From assembly GCA_902789925.1 (NCBI GenBank), contig CADAPX010000001.1:1-60507 (forward strand): a stretch of DNA of 60,507 nt. The letters are read 5' to 3'. This document shows positions 28,386 through 38,910 of this stretch, piece after piece. Positions within the stretch are counted from its first letter, which is position 1; every line of letters begins with the position of its first letter. The DNA comes from Oscillospiraceae bacterium. GTDB taxonomy: Bacteria > Bacillota > Clostridia > Oscillospirales > Ruminococcaceae. The translations under genes and the position numbers were made by a program. The notes under the pieces were generated by a model. That model had not been told where the DNA came from and ran no database searches. It worked only from the letters and a program-made list of their open reading frames with translations.

Positions 28386-31139
28386 GTGAAATTGCCGTCA
28401 ATATTTCGCTTGTTTGTCGACGAACCAAAAATAGATAAAAGTTTAAAGCCAAAAACCAGGCCTGAAAAATCAGATTCTGGCTTTAAACCAAAAAAGAAAA
28501 AAATTCGGGGCTTGAGTTCAAAAAAGGCTTTGGATATTTTGAAAAAAGAGGGCGAAAACAAGCTTTCTTTGCAAAAAAAAGTTTCTGCAGCTAGGATTTT
28601 TGCGGGGCAGTTTAAAGATTTTTTAGTTTTAATCTTGCTTGTTGCGATGCTGATCTCGGCTTTTATGGGCGAAATTTTGGAGGCAATTTCAATTTCAATT
28701 ATTTTATTTTTGAGCGCGGTTATGGGATTTGTTCAGGAATATAAAACTGAAAAGACTCTTGAGGCGCTTGAAAACATGGTTTCTCCTTTGGCGAAGGTTT
28801 TTCGAGATGGGAAGCTGTGTAAAATTCCAGCAAATTTTTTGGTTCGAGGGGATGAAATTCTTGTTGAAGCAGGGGACAACGTTCCTGCTGATGCTGTTTT
28901 GCTGGAATCCAGAAGACTTGAAGCGGATGAATCCATTTTAACTGGCGAATCGGATTTGGTTTTTAAAGAGGCTGAAAAAAACAATCTTTTATATATGGGG
29001 ACTTCGATTTTAAAAGGATATGGGAGAGCAAGAGTTGTTAAAACCGGGATGAAAACTCAAATGGGGAAAATTGCTGGAATGCTCGGAAATTCGGAAAATA
29101 TCCAGACTCCCTTGCAAAAAAGATTAGATCAAATGGGAAAATTCATAATCATTGGTTGTTTGGTTGTTTCGATTGTTGTTATGCTGGCGGGAATTTTGCG
29201 CGGGGAAGATCCTTTCAACATGATAATAACCGGCTTGTCTGTTGCTGTTGCTTCTGTCCCTGAGGGCCTGCCCGCCATAGTCACCATAGCTTTGGCGTTG
29301 GCTGTTAAGCGCATGGTTCGGCGAAAGGCCTTGATCCGAAAGCTTCACGCTGTTGAGACTTTGGGATGCGCAAACGTCATATGCACTGATAAAACCGGAA
29401 CAATAACACAAAATAAAATGACAGTCAAAAAAATAATAACTGCGGATTGTGAATTTAAAATTGAAGGAGAAGGATCCAGCCTGGATGGCTTTTTTGTTCG
29501 CTTCGGGGAGCGGGTTAAAATTTCGGCCATTCCTCCTTTGCAGCGCCTTTTGGAAATCTGTGTTTTTTGCAATGATTCTCGAATTATCTTTAAAAATGGG
29601 GCAGAAAGTTCTGAAAAAGCTCGAAGTTTTAGGGCTTTGGGCGACCCAACTGAAACTTCGCTTTTGGTCGCAGCAGCAAAAGGGGGGCTATATCGAGAGG
29701 ATTTGAAGGAAAAATACATTGTATATGACCAAATTCCGTTTGATTCGTCGAGCAAGTGTATGACAGTTTTTGTTCAGGACCGATCGGGGAGAAAATTTGC
29801 TTTTTTAAAGGGCGCGTATGACGTGATTCTGGGACGTTGTGGGTCATATGAAGGCGAGCATGGCGTGGAGCCGTTTTTAAAAGTTAGGCCGATTTTTGAT
29901 CGAAAAAACGAAGAGCTTGCAGGGAGCGGAATGAGAGTTTTAGCTTTTGCATATAAAGAAATTTTAGACTATCAAAGCGACGAAAATTTAACCTTTCTCG
30001 GCCTTGTCGCCATGCAGGACCCTCCAAGAAAGGAAGCAAAATCTGCGGTTATGACTTGTAAATATGCTGGAATAAAAACAGTTCTTATCACTGGAGATCA
30101 CAAATTAACTGCGATTTCAATTGCAAAACAGGTTGGGATATTTCAAAGAGGCGATATGTGTGTTGAAGGCAAGGAGCTCGACCAAATGAGCGATTCTGCG
30201 CTGAAGGAGATCATTAAAAAGACAACCGTTTTTGCAAGGGTTTCGCCGAAACACAAACTGAGAATTGTTAAAATATTTAAAAATTTAGGAAATGTTGTTG
30301 CTATGACAGGGGATGGCGTTAATGATGCGCCAGCGATTAAAGAAGCCGACATTGGCGTTTCTATGGGAAAAGGCGGAAGCGACGTTTCAAAACAGGCCGC
30401 GGATTTAATATTGCTTGATGATAATTTTGCAACCCTTGTTGCGGCGGTTGAAGAAGGACGAATAATATATGGCAACATTAGGAAATTTATGAGATATTTG
30501 CTTTCTTGTAATATGGGTGAAGTTTTAACAACTCTTTTTGCAATGCTAATTGGAATGCCAGTTCCGCTTTTGCCGATGCAGATTTTGCTGATTAATCTGG
30601 TCACGGATGGGCTGCCGGCGATTGCATTGGGCCTTGAGCCTGGTGATGATGACATAATGAAAAGGCCTCCAAGAGATCCAAATGAGAGCATATTTTCAGG
30701 CGGCTTGATGTTAACAATCATTGTCCGAGGGCTTTTAATTGCGTTCACAACGCTAACAGTTTTCACAATTATTTGGAAGATGACATATTCTCTCGAAACA
30801 GCTCGAACATCCATCTTTTTAACGCTTGTCTTTTTGCAGCTTATCCACGTTTTTGAATGCAAAAGCGAAACAAAATCCATTTTTCAAATCAACCATTTAA
30901 AAAACAAGAAATTGATTCTTGCAAGTTTAGTTTCAATTTCATTCGCAATTTGCGCGGTTTGGACAGAGCCGCTGAATTTGATTGCGAGAAACTGTCAGCT
31001 GAATTCAGGGCAAACCATCATCGTTTTAATTTTAACGCTTTCCGTTCCTCTAATAAATGCGCTAGTTGTTGGATATAAAAATAAAAGTGAATATGTAAAA
31101 GAGCTAAAAATGAATCAAAAGGTTAAAAAAATGTCTTGA
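28386..31139 (+). CDS. cation-translocating P-type ATPase (Ca2+/PMCA-SERCA-like, type IIA)
   Basis: CTDKTGTITQN phosphorylation site, TGES, TGDGVNDAPAIKEADIG and PEGLP. GTG start after ggagga, with a Lys-rich N-terminal extension of about 40 aa. Confidence 0.9.
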   Translation: MKLPSIFRLFVDEPKIDKSLKPKTRPEKSDSGFKPKKKKIRGLSSKKALDILKKEGENKLSLQKKVSAARIFAGQFKDFLVLILLVAMLISAFMGEILEAISISIILFLSAVMGFVQEYKTEKTLEALENMVSPLAKVFRDGKLCKIPANFLVRGDEILVEAGDNVPADAVLLESRRLEADESILTGESDLVFKEAEKNNLLYMGTSILKGYGRARVVKTGMKTQMGKIAGMLGNSENIQTPLQKRLDQMGKFIIIGCLVVSIVVMLAGILRGEDPFNMIITGLSVAVASVPEGLPAIVTIALALAVKRMVRRKALIRKLHAVETLGCANVICTDKTGTITQNKMTVKKIITADCEFKIEGEGSSLDGFFVRFGERVKISAIPPLQRLLEICVFCNDSRIIFKNGAESSEKARSFRALGDPTETSLLVAAAKGGLYREDLKEKYIVYDQIPFDSSSKCMTVFVQDRSGRKFAFLKGAYDVILGRCGSYEGEHGVEPFLKVRPIFDRKNEELAGSGMRVLAFAYKEILDYQSDENLTFLGLVAMQDPPRKEAKSAVMTCKYAGIKTVLITGDHKLTAISIAKQVGIFQRGDMCVEGKELDQMSDSALKEIIKKTTVFARVSPKHKLRIVKIFKNLGNVVAMTGDGVNDAPAIKEADIGVSMGKGGSDVSKQAADLILLDDNFATLVAAVEEGRIIYGNIRKFMRYLLSCNMGEVLTTLFAMLIGMPVPLLPMQILLINLVTDGLPAIALGLEPGDDDIMKRPPRDPNESIFSGGLMLTIIVRGLLIAFTTLTVFTIIWKMTYSLETARTSIFLTLVFLQLIHVFECKSETKSIFQINHLKNKKLILASLVSISFAICAVWTEPLNLIARNCQLNSGQTIIVLILTLSVPLINALVVGYKNKSEYVKELKMNQKVKKMS

Positions 31140-31281
31140 CTAAAAACTAAAACAGGACAAATTTTATAAAAAACTTGATTTTATTATTTATAGATATATA
31201 ATAATAAGTAGGAGTTATTTTTGTAGTGTTGATTTTTTGGTTAGTGAGATTATATTCTGATTAGACGGAGGAGTGTTGAAA

Positions 31282-34017
31282 ATGAGTTTGGTTGATAAAG
31301 TTTTTGGGTCATACAGTAAAAAAGAAATAAAAAGAATAAAGCCAACTTTGAAAAAAATTTTGGGCATGGAAGAAAAATATAAAAAATTTTCTGAATCTGA
31401 GCTTAAAGGCCAGACCAAATTGTTTAAAAAGCGTTTGGCCGATGGGGAGTCGCTTGATGACATATTACCTGAAGTTTTTGCTGTTTGTCGCGAGGCAGCA
31501 TCCAGAGTTTTGAGCATGCGCCATTTTGAGGTTCAACTTATGGCTGGAATCATTTTGCATCAGGGGCGCATTGCTGAAATGAAGACGGGCCAAGGAAAAA
31601 CATTGGTTGCGACTTTGCCGGTGTATCTTAATGCGTTAACTGGAAAAGGGGCTCATGTAATAACTGTTAATGACTATTTGGCTAAGCGTGACTCCGACCT
31701 CATGGGCAAGGTATATAGATATTTGGGCCTGAGCGTTGGCGTTATACTCAATGGAATGGACAACGACGAGCGCCGCAAAGCATATTCTTGCGACGTGACA
31801 TATGCAACAAATAATGAGGTCGGATTTGACTATCTTCGCGACAATATGTGTATATATAAAGAACAAAAAGTTCAAAGGCCTTTCAATTTTTGCATCGTCG
31901 ACGAGGTTGACTCAGTTTTGATTGACGAGGCCAGGACGCCGCTTATTATTTCAGGCCCGGGTGAAAAATCAACGGATATGTATGTTCATGCTGACAATTT
32001 TGTTAAAACTTTGAAAATGTATAAAGTCAGGGAGCTTGATGATAAAGAAGAACACGACGATGTTGACGGCGACTATATCGTTGATGAAAAGGGAAAAACT
32101 GCGACTTTGAATCCTTCCGGAGTTAAAAAAGCTGAAGAATATTTTAACGTTAAAAACTTGATGGATGCTGAAAATATCACACTTTTACACCATATTAATC
32201 AAGCAATTAAAGCGCATGGCGTTATGCAAAAAGACACAGATTATGTCGTTAAAGACGGCGAGGTTTTGATTGTTGACGAATTCACAGGAAGAATAATGTT
32301 TGGGCGCAGGTATAACGAAGGGCTCCACCAAGCTCTCGAAGCCAAAGAGGGCGTTGACATCGCAAGCGAATCCAAAACTCTTGCCAGCATAACCTTCCAG
32401 AATTTGTTTAGGATATATAAAAAGCTGTCTGGAATGACGGGAACTGCCCTGACTGAGGAGGGAGAATTCAGGGAAATATATAAACTGGACGTTGTTGAAA
32501 TTCCGCCAAACAAGCCTGTCATTCGAAAAGACCATGACTATGTTATTTATAGGACAGAGCAAGCAAAATTTCGCGCTGTCATCGACCAAATAGTTGAATC
32601 CCATAAAAAAGGACAACCTGTTTTGGTTGGAACGGTTTCCATAGACAAATCTGAGCGTCTCAGCGCTCTTTTAAAAGAAAAGGGCATTGAGCACACTGTC
32701 CTTAACGCTAAACACCACGAACGAGAGGCTCATATCATTGCTCAGGCGGGCAAAAAAGGCGCAGTCACAATAGCAACTAATATGGCTGGGCGCGGAACCG
32801 ACATCATTCTTGGCGGTAATGCGGAATATATGGCAAAAGAAGAGATGAGAAAAAGGGGATACTATGAAGACCTTATAAACGAAGCAACCGCATATGGAGA
32901 CACTGATGATCGAGAAATTTTGGAAGCCAGGGAAACTTTTAAAAGCCTAAACTCAGAATATAAAAAGGTAATTTCTGAAAAAGCAAAAGAGGTTAAAGCG
33001 GCTGGAGGCTTGTTTATTATTGGAACTGAGCGCCATGAATCCCGAAGAATAGACAATCAGCTGCGGGGGCGTTCAGGTCGTCAAGGAGACCCTGGAGAAA
33101 GTCGGTTCTATCTGTCTTTAGAAGACAATCTGATGAGGCTGTATGGCGGGGCGAGAATTGACAAAATGATGAAATTTTTAAAAGTTGATGAAGATATGCC
33201 GATAAAAAGCAGGATGCTGACTAATGTTATAGATAATGCTCAGGCTAAGGTTGAGGCGCAAAATTTTGCGATACGTAAAAGCGTTTTAAAATTTGACGAC
33301 GTCATGAACTCCCAGCGTGAGATAATATATAAAGAACGTGGACAAGTTCTTGAAGGAAAAGATATGAGAAACAGCACTGTCCACATGATGACTGAAGCCA
33401 TTGCGGAGGTTGTTGACATATATATTCCAGACCATGTTTCCTATGAACATTGGAACCTTGAAGGCTTGCGGGACTATTTTAGTTATATTTTGGACGAAAA
33501 TGACTTAAAGTATAGCAAAGGCGATCTTGCGGGCGTTAAGAAGGAAGAATTGATTGAGGCGATTCGCAAAAAGGCCATGAGCATATATGAACAAAAGGAG
33601 AAGATGGTTGGCCAGGAGCGCATGCGTGAGCTGGAAAGGGTTGTTATTTTGCGGACGGTTGATTCTAAATGGACCAACCACATCGACAACATGGAGGAAC
33701 TTCGCCGGGGAATCTATTTGCGGTCGTATGCTCAAAAAGACCCTGTCATTGAATATCGAATCGAAGGCTTTGCCATGTTTGATGCGATGGTTTCAAGCAT
33801 TAAAGAAGAAGTCACAAGGCTCATCTTGACGATTCACATCAGAACTGAGCAGGAAATCAAAAGAGAGGAAGTCAATAAAATTCCGGTTCCTGTCAAATAT
33901 AAAGAGAGCGCGGCGGGTCAGGAAAGGCGTCCGATTCGAAATCTTCACAACGTTGGACGAAACGATCCTTGTCCATGTGGCAGCGGTAAAAAATATAAGC
34001 ATTGCTGTGGTAAATAA
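31282..34017 (+). CDS. secA: preprotein translocase ATPase SecA
   Basis: [14 protein letters not shown] Walker [20 protein letters not shown], and the C-terminal zinc motif [14 protein letters not shown]. The ATG at 31282 is 9 nt after ggagga. Confidence 0.97.
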   Translation: MSLVDKVFGSYSKKEIKRIKPTLKKILGMEEKYKKFSESELKGQTKLFKKRLADGESLDDILPEVFAVCREAASRVLSMRHFEVQLMAGIILHQGRIAEMKTGQGKTLVATLPVYLNALTGKGAHVITVNDYLAKRDSDLMGKVYRYLGLSVGVILNGMDNDERRKAYSCDVTYATNNEVGFDYLRDNMCIYKEQKVQRPFNFCIVDEVDSVLIDEARTPLIISGPGEKSTDMYVHADNFVKTLKMYKVRELDDKEEHDDVDGDYIVDEKGKTATLNPSGVKKAEEYFNVKNLMDAENITLLHHINQAIKAHGVMQKDTDYVVKDGEVLIVDEFTGRIMFGRRYNEGLHQALEAKEGVDIASESKTLASITFQNLFRIYKKLSGMTGTALTEEGEFREIYKLDVVEIPPNKPVIRKDHDYVIYRTEQAKFRAVIDQIVESHKKGQPVLVGTVSIDKSERLSALLKEKGIEHTVLNAKHHEREAHIIAQAGKKGAVTIATNMAGRGTDIILGGNAEYMAKEEMRKRGYYEDLINEATAYGDTDDREILEARETFKSLNSEYKKVISEKAKEVKAAGGLFIIGTERHESRRIDNQLRGRSGRQGDPGESRFYLSLEDNLMRLYGGARIDKMMKFLKVDEDMPIKSRMLTNVIDNAQAKVEAQNFAIRKSVLKFDDVMNSQREIIYKERGQVLEGKDMRNSTVHMMTEAIAEVVDIYIPDHVSYEHWNLEGLRDYFSYILDENDLKYSKGDLAGVKKEELIEAIRKKAMSIYEQKEKMVGQERMRELERVVILRTVDSKWTNHIDNMEELRRGIYLRSYAQKDPVIEYRIEGFAMFDAMVSSIKEEVTRLILTIHIRTEQEIKREEVNKIPVPVKYKESAAGQERRPIRNLHNVGRNDPCPCGSGKKYKHCCGK

Positions 34018-34053
34018 CCAACCATAATTAAAATTATAAACACCTGTTGATAA

Positions 34054-34094
34054 AAAAGATGTCAGTGAAAATAGATTTGTTGGCATCTTTTTTT
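34054..34094 (+). terminator. intrinsic terminator after secA
   Basis: aaaagatgtca (34054-34064) pairs with tggcatctttt (34081-34091), followed by a T-run. Confidence 0.6.
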
Positions 34095-34147
34095 ATTTAG
34101 ACACATATTTTTATTGAATGCGTGATTTATCTTAAGGAGAAATAAAT

Positions 34148-35467
34148 ATGAATAAATTCTATGGGAAAATCGAATTATTAGGTAAAGAATATAGTTATGT
34201 TGTTATAGGATATGAGATGATAATAATTGACTCTAAAGAAGATATATTAAAAACGCATAAAATTGCTCAAATAACCAACAGATGGCTCAAAACCAAAATA
34301 AATGAAGGAAAAAGATTAATAGTTAAATTATCCTATAAACACGCGGGAGAAAATGCGCTTATTATGAATATTATCGCTTTTTTTAGCATTTTTGATATGT
34401 CAAAATTTTTTATTGAGTTTAAACAATATGAAATTCCAAAAAGAAAAGATGAGATCCACAAAATAACATATGTCAGCGACGTTTTGGACTATTTTTTCAG
34501 GCCGAAGGGATATAAGGATTTTGTTTCAAATTTGATTGAATCATTCCACGATGATGTGAAACTGAAAAAAGGAAATTTCAAACATTATTCGTTTAATTAT
34601 AATAATAAGAATTTTGTCATGTATTTTGGAATTTTGAATGAATATAAAAGGGATAATAGATTTGTTTTTGACATACATAGTCTGTTAATTATTGAATGTG
34701 ACGAAAATATTGAACTTGACGAGGTGTATAAAATTTCTGTGTATGTTAAAACTTTTTTGGCGCTTGTCTCAAACAAACGAAAAGTCTACTTTGATGAGAT
34801 AAAAATAAACCGACCCTATGGAGGAAATGAATATAAACCCGGCTATTTTTATTTAAATCAAGGCAAAAAAGAAAACATTAATTACTGTCATACATTAGAA
34901 TATAATGATGTTGAAGACAATATTCAAAAAATTATGGATAAAATAATTGAAAATGATGTTTTATTTATTCTTTTATTTCAGTATGACACCAACTATATTA
35001 AAACTATTGATATAATAAATATATGCGCCGCATTTGAATGTCAATTTAAAGAAACATATTCTGAATTTAAGTGTCAATATCGAAAGATTTATCCTGAATT
35101 TAAATGTCGATTTTTTAAAACTTGCGCCAGATTAAACAAAAATAAAGTCTCATTGCGGCAAAAAATAGAATATGCTCTGGCAGATTTTGAAAAATTTTAT
35201 CAGCAAACCTCAACCCAGCATGTTAAGATAGAATATGATTTTAAGGAGGATTATAAAGAAATGCCCAGCAGGATTGTTTACGCAAGGAACATGCTGGCCC
35301 ACGGGGACAAAAAGACTGATAATAAAAATTTTCAAATAAACGATGATGTTTTAACAGACACCATTTTATTGCGTGCCATTATATATTTTATGATTTTTAA
35401 ATCTATTGACATGAATCCAACTAATATTATGAAATGCATTAGAAAATTTACTAGATTTCATTTCTGA
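34148..35467 (+). CDS. HEPN-motif protein with a large uncharacterised N-terminal domain (ApeA-like abortive-infection candidate)
   Basis: 439-aa ORF with a good SD (aaggaga, 7 nt, ATG). C-terminal YARNMLAHGD fits the HEPN R-N-x3-H active-site motif. I recognise no housekeeping motif. The gene is visibly AT-richer than secA and corC. Confidence 0.55.
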   Translation: MNKFYGKIELLGKEYSYVVIGYEMIIIDSKEDILKTHKIAQITNRWLKTKINEGKRLIVKLSYKHAGENALIMNIIAFFSIFDMSKFFIEFKQYEIPKRKDEIHKITYVSDVLDYFFRPKGYKDFVSNLIESFHDDVKLKKGNFKHYSFNYNNKNFVMYFGILNEYKRDNRFVFDIHSLLIIECDENIELDEVYKISVYVKTFLALVSNKRKVYFDEIKINRPYGGNEYKPGYFYLNQGKKENINYCHTLEYNDVEDNIQKIMDKIIENDVLFILLFQYDTNYIKTIDIINICAAFECQFKETYSEFKCQYRKIYPEFKCRFFKTCARLNKNKVSLRQKIEYALADFEKFYQQTSTQHVKIEYDFKEDYKEMPSRIVYARNMLAHGDKKTDNKNFQINDDVLTDTILLRAIIYFMIFKSIDMNPTNIMKCIRKFTRFHF

Positions 35468-35554
35468 TAAAAATCAAAAACAGGAGCCTATTTTTATCAT
35501 GCGTTTTGTGTATTTTGCACTAAATTTGACTTTAAATATTGTGCATAATTCACC

Positions 35555-35583
35555 TTGACATTAGAAATTTTATGAGTTATCAT
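35555..35583 (+). promoter_or_regulatory. promoter of the corC-like gene
   Basis: ttgaca (35555-35560), 17-nt spacer, tatcat (35578-35583). Confidence 0.55.
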
Positions 35584-35622
35584 ATATATATGGGTATGAA
35601 TTTCTAGGAGGAGAATTTTAAC

Positions 35623-36477
35623 ATGGACACGGATGGCACTAGTAGGGGCGGCTCGCCTGGTCGAATTTCTAGGCTTTTTGGCTCAAAGCCGCCGGATAAA
35701 ATAACAGAAGACGACATAATGTTTTTGGTTGAAACTGGCGAAGATGAAGGCATTTTGCTTAGCAGCCAGTCTAAAATGATAGAAAATGTTTTGAAATTTC
35801 GAAAAATAGCGGTTTATGAAATTATGACCCATAGAGTTGACATAGAAGCTGTTGAGGAACATGCTAAAATTGCTGATGTTTTGAAAATTGGCGTTGAAAA
35901 TGGTTTTTCTAGGATACCCGTTTATAAAGAAGACATAGACAACATAATTGGAGCTGTCTATGTTAAAGATTTGTTGGGGCTGATTGGCAAGGAAAATGTT
36001 GAAGACAAGCCGATCGGTTCATTCATTCGCGAATTGCCATATATTCCTGAAACTATAAAGTGTTTTGACCTGTTTAGGCAGTTCACAGAAAATCACCAGC
36101 ACTTTGCCGTCGTTGTTGATAAATACGGCGGAACATCTGGCATTGTGACTATGGAAGACATATTAGAAGCGATCGTTGGGAAAATCCAGGATGAATATGA
36201 CGATGAACATGACGATATAACAAAAGTAAACCAAACAACCTTCATTATTCAGGGGCACGCGGCTTTGGATCGCGTTTCCGAGGCGTTGGATGTTCGGCTT
36301 GAAAGCGACTCGGATTTTGACACTATTGGAGGCTTTTTGATCAATGCTTTAGGAAGAATCCCAGACGAAAATGAACACCCCGTTTTAAAATATGGCGGGA
36401 TTGAGTTCACGGTTTTGGTTGTCCAGAAGCGTCACATCGCAAAGGTTAGGGCTGTTAAATTAGTTAATCAATGCTAG
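35623..36477 (+). CDS. CBS-pair + CorC/HlyC C-terminal domain protein (CorC/YbeX-like, no DUF21 membrane domain)
   Basis: [32 protein letters not shown] is the linker plus first CBS pattern of the TlyC/CorC family. The C-terminal transporter-associated domain is also present. The length matches soluble CorC. Confidence 0.8.
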   Translation: MDTDGTSRGGSPGRISRLFGSKPPDKITEDDIMFLVETGEDEGILLSSQSKMIENVLKFRKIAVYEIMTHRVDIEAVEEHAKIADVLKIGVENGFSRIPVYKEDIDNIIGAVYVKDLLGLIGKENVEDKPIGSFIRELPYIPETIKCFDLFRQFTENHQHFAVVVDKYGGTSGIVTMEDILEAIVGKIQDEYDDEHDDITKVNQTTFIIQGHAALDRVSEALDVRLESDSDFDTIGGFLINALGRIPDENEHPVLKYGGIEFTVLVVQKRHIAKVRAVKLVNQC

Positions 36478-36513
36478 ATATTTATTAATATTATTAAGAA
36501 AGTTGTGGTTAAT

Positions 36514-36930
36514 ATGATAAAAGAGAAGTCTTGTGGCGCAATTGTCTACGCCTTTATTGATGAAAAATTGAAATTTCTGCTGATAAAAAATGTTAACGGG
36601 AGGCATTGGTCTTTCCCAAAAGGGCATGTTGAAAGCGGAGAAACTGAAATTGAAACTGCTTTGCGAGAAACAAAAGAAGAGACGGGGCTTTATGTTGATT
36701 TGGATTCTCGTTTTCGCGAGACAGTTTCATATAACGTCGGCGACTATGTGAAAAAAGACGTTGTTTATTTTATTGCAAAAGCCAATTTAGACAATAATGA
36801 AGTTGTTTTGCAAAAAGAGGAGGTTTCAAAATATGGTTGGTTTGAATTTGAGGGCGCGATGGACGTTTTAACTTTTGATAATGACAGGAGAATTTTAAAA
36901 AGCGCAAAAGAATATCTGAAAAATGTTTAA
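36514..36930 (+). CDS. NUDIX hydrolase (Ap4A-hydrolase-like)
   Basis: Nudix box GHVESGETEIETALRETKEETG. Confidence 0.85.
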   Translation: MIKEKSCGAIVYAFIDEKLKFLLIKNVNGRHWSFPKGHVESGETEIETALRETKEETGLYVDLDSRFRETVSYNVGDYVKKDVVYFIAKANLDNNEVVLQKEEVSKYGWFEFEGAMDVLTFDNDRRILKSAKEYLKNV

Positions 36931-36954
36931 TATTTTTGTTGTTCATTGAATAAG

Positions 36955-36995
36955 TTCGAGTTTTTGATGTTTTAAAGCTCGAATTCTAATTTTTT
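36955..36995. terminator. weak bidirectional hairpin between convergent genes
   Basis: ttcgag (36955-36960) pairs with ctcgaa (36978-36983), with T-rich tracts on both sides. Confidence 0.35.
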
Positions 36996-37478
36996 CTAAA
37001 GAGTTAAAGATATCATCTTGTTGCTTGATTTATATTTAATATATTCCACTCCCGACAAATCAAACATGCGCTTTGCAGCAATGACGCTGTCGGTTGAGAA
37101 ATATTTGTCTAGTTTATATATAACCGACTTTATGCCCGATTGTATTATCGCTTTGGCGCATTCATTGCAAGGGAAAAGCGTTGTGTATATTCTGGATCCA
37201 TGGAGGATATTTCCATTACTATTTAATATAGCATTTAATTCTGCGTGGCAAACAAAGGGATATTTGGTTTTTAAAGCGTCTCCCTCCCTGCTCCAGGGCA
37301 TATCATTGTCATCACATCCTGTCGGCATCCCATTATATCCGAGAGAGAGAATGTGGTTGTTTGGGGCGACAATGCACGCGCCAACTTGGGTTGCTGGATC
37401 TTTGCTTCGCTTTGAGGAAAGTTCTGCAACTCCCATAAAATATTCGTCCCATGATATATAATCATTGCGTTTTGACAT
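36996..37478 (-). CDS. deoxycytidylate (dCMP) deaminase, ComEB-like
   Basis: Zinc-binding motifs HAELNAI and PCNECAK; 160 aa. Confidence 0.9.
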   Translation of the reverse strand: MSKRNDYISWDEYFMGVAELSSKRSKDPATQVGACIVAPNNHILSLGYNGMPTGCDDNDMPWSREGDALKTKYPFVCHAELNAILNSNGNILHGSRIYTTLFPCNECAKAIIQSGIKSVIYKLDKYFSTDSVIAAKRMFDLSGVEYIKYKSSNKMISLTL

Positions 37479-37493
37479 ATTTTAAAATCCCCT

Positions 37494-38204
37494 TTAATTT
37501 TGCCATGAATTTTTAGTTTTATTGATAAAATCCTGACGAGATTTAAGATATTTCAATTTATTTATCATATCCGTGAAGAAGCGCGGGCCAAAAAACAGCA
37601 AAAAGTTTGCAACTGCCATAGTTGCAGCAACTGCGTTAGACCATCTTAACGCAAAAAGCGAAGATATGATGCTAAAAAGCAAAATTAAAGAGCTAAAATA
37701 TCCAAGCCATTTAACTTTAACTGGAATTATGAAAAATATCATCACCGAGAGGTCAGGATATAGCGCTGCAAACGCAAGAAACAGCGACAAATTCAAAAAA
37801 GTTGGGTTTGAATGGCCAACCAGCAAGCCGCCTAAAATGGCAAAAATCAGGCCTGTTGTGTAGTATACTGTTAGCTTAAACTCGCCCCAAACCGATTCCA
37901 GCCCAGTTCCAATAAAATAGAGAAAATATAGGCTAAGCAGAATAAATATAATATTGCTGCCTAGAGGCGAAAATACTGAACTTGGAGGAATAAATATGAA
38001 TGTTACAAGGCGCCATATTTGGCCGCCAAAGATTAAATCGCGGTTGAAATAAATCAGAGAGGACAGGGTGAAATTGTTGTTTTGGGCCATTGAAACCAGG
38101 TCAAAAAAGTAAACAAGGCCTGATATTATAGCGATCCACAGCGTTAAATTTGGGATTTTAAACCAAGGAATTTTTCGTTCCAATTTATAGATCCACATGA
38201 GCAA
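37494..38204 (-). CDS. rhomboid-like polytopic membrane protein (catalytic dyad not evident)
   Basis: Six or seven hydrophobic segments. GQIWRLVTFIFIP resembles the rhomboid WRL motif, but I see no clear GxSG serine motif. Confidence 0.4.
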   Translation of the reverse strand: MLMWIYKLERKIPWFKIPNLTLWIAIISGLVYFFDLVSMAQNNNFTLSSLIYFNRDLIFGGQIWRLVTFIFIPPSSVFSPLGSNIIFILLSLYFLYFIGTGLESVWGEFKLTVYYTTGLIFAILGGLLVGHSNPTFLNLSLFLAFAALYPDLSVMIFFIIPVKVKWLGYFSSLILLFSIISSLFALRWSNAVAATMAVANFLLFFGPRFFTDMINKLKYLKSRQDFINKTKNSWQN

Positions 38205-38238
38205 TTCTTCCTTTGCAAATTTAATTAAAGTAGCTCTA

Positions 38239-38267
38239 ATTATATCACATAAAACTCAATCAATCAA
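38239..38267 (-). promoter_or_regulatory. promoter of the rhomboid-like/dCMP deaminase unit
   Basis: On the minus strand: TTGATT (38267-38262), 17-nt spacer, TATAAT (38244-38239), with TG at -14/-15. Confidence 0.5.
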
Positions 38268-38442
38268 CAATTAATTTCATAAATTTAGAGCGTTTAGAGT
38301 TTAAAAAGTAACAAATCCTAGTGTTTGATTAGGTTATATTTGTTGCAAAAAAATCTCCTCCTTAAAACATCCTGCATTTTTCTTAAAAATCCCTAACATA
38401 TTCGAATATCATTGACTGCGCTTAAAAAACCAATGCAAAAAT

Positions 38443-38725
38443 TTAAAGCGCCGCCAGCTCACAACGGACTTGATTATTAAACCTTCCTAAACCGCGAGGC
38501 TCTTTCCAACCGCCAATAACAAGCGGTAGGTTAATGTCCGCGAAGGCGGGTTGGCTTCAAGTTTTCACGCTTTTTGACCTTGGCTTGTCATTGGCAAATT
38601 AAAAAAACTTGGGCATTTTAAATTAGATTTAACCCGCATGGCTGATGGTTTGCGGGCGGCGTTTTAATCGGTTTTATCGTTGGTTTATTTAGAATGCTCT
38701 TGAGGGTAGTTTAATTTGAGGGGGA
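38443..38725. repeat. mosaic intergenic repeat, copy 3 (modules C2 inverted, B2, A3); GC-rich and helix-rich
   Basis: 38601-38661 is about 75% identical to 2195-2252. 38523-38546 equals the reverse complement of 2155-2177. 38691-38725 resembles module A. aaagcgccgcc (38446-38456) can pair with ggcggcgtttt (38655-38665), and ccaaccgcc (38505-38513) with ggcgggttgg (38546-38555). Confidence 0.6.
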
Positions 38726-38803
38726 GTTTTTTTAATTGAATGCTGATATTTTTAGAAAAAGTTGTTAAGGAGACAAATGTAACCTAAATCAGACTTTTTG
38801 ACC

Positions 38804-38832
38804 TTGACTCGCTATTTAAAGCATTATATAAT
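38804..38832 (+). promoter_or_regulatory. consensus promoter of transglutaminase-like paralog 1
   Basis: ttgact (38804-38809), 17-nt spacer, tataat (38827-38832). Confidence 0.65.
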
Positions 38833-38910
38833 AAATTTGGGAGGTTTTTAATGTTAACTTGAGATTTACATAAATTAACCATGATTTTTTTAAGGAAGAG
38901 GGGGTTTTTT

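Noticed and set aside
35623-35700. The CorC-like gene as a 5'-truncated TlyC/DUF21 gene decapitated by insertion of the HEPN gene.
   Set aside because: Soluble CBS+CorC_HlyC proteins of about 290 aa (E. coli CorC/YbeX type) are a normal architecture. The gene has its own promoter and SD.
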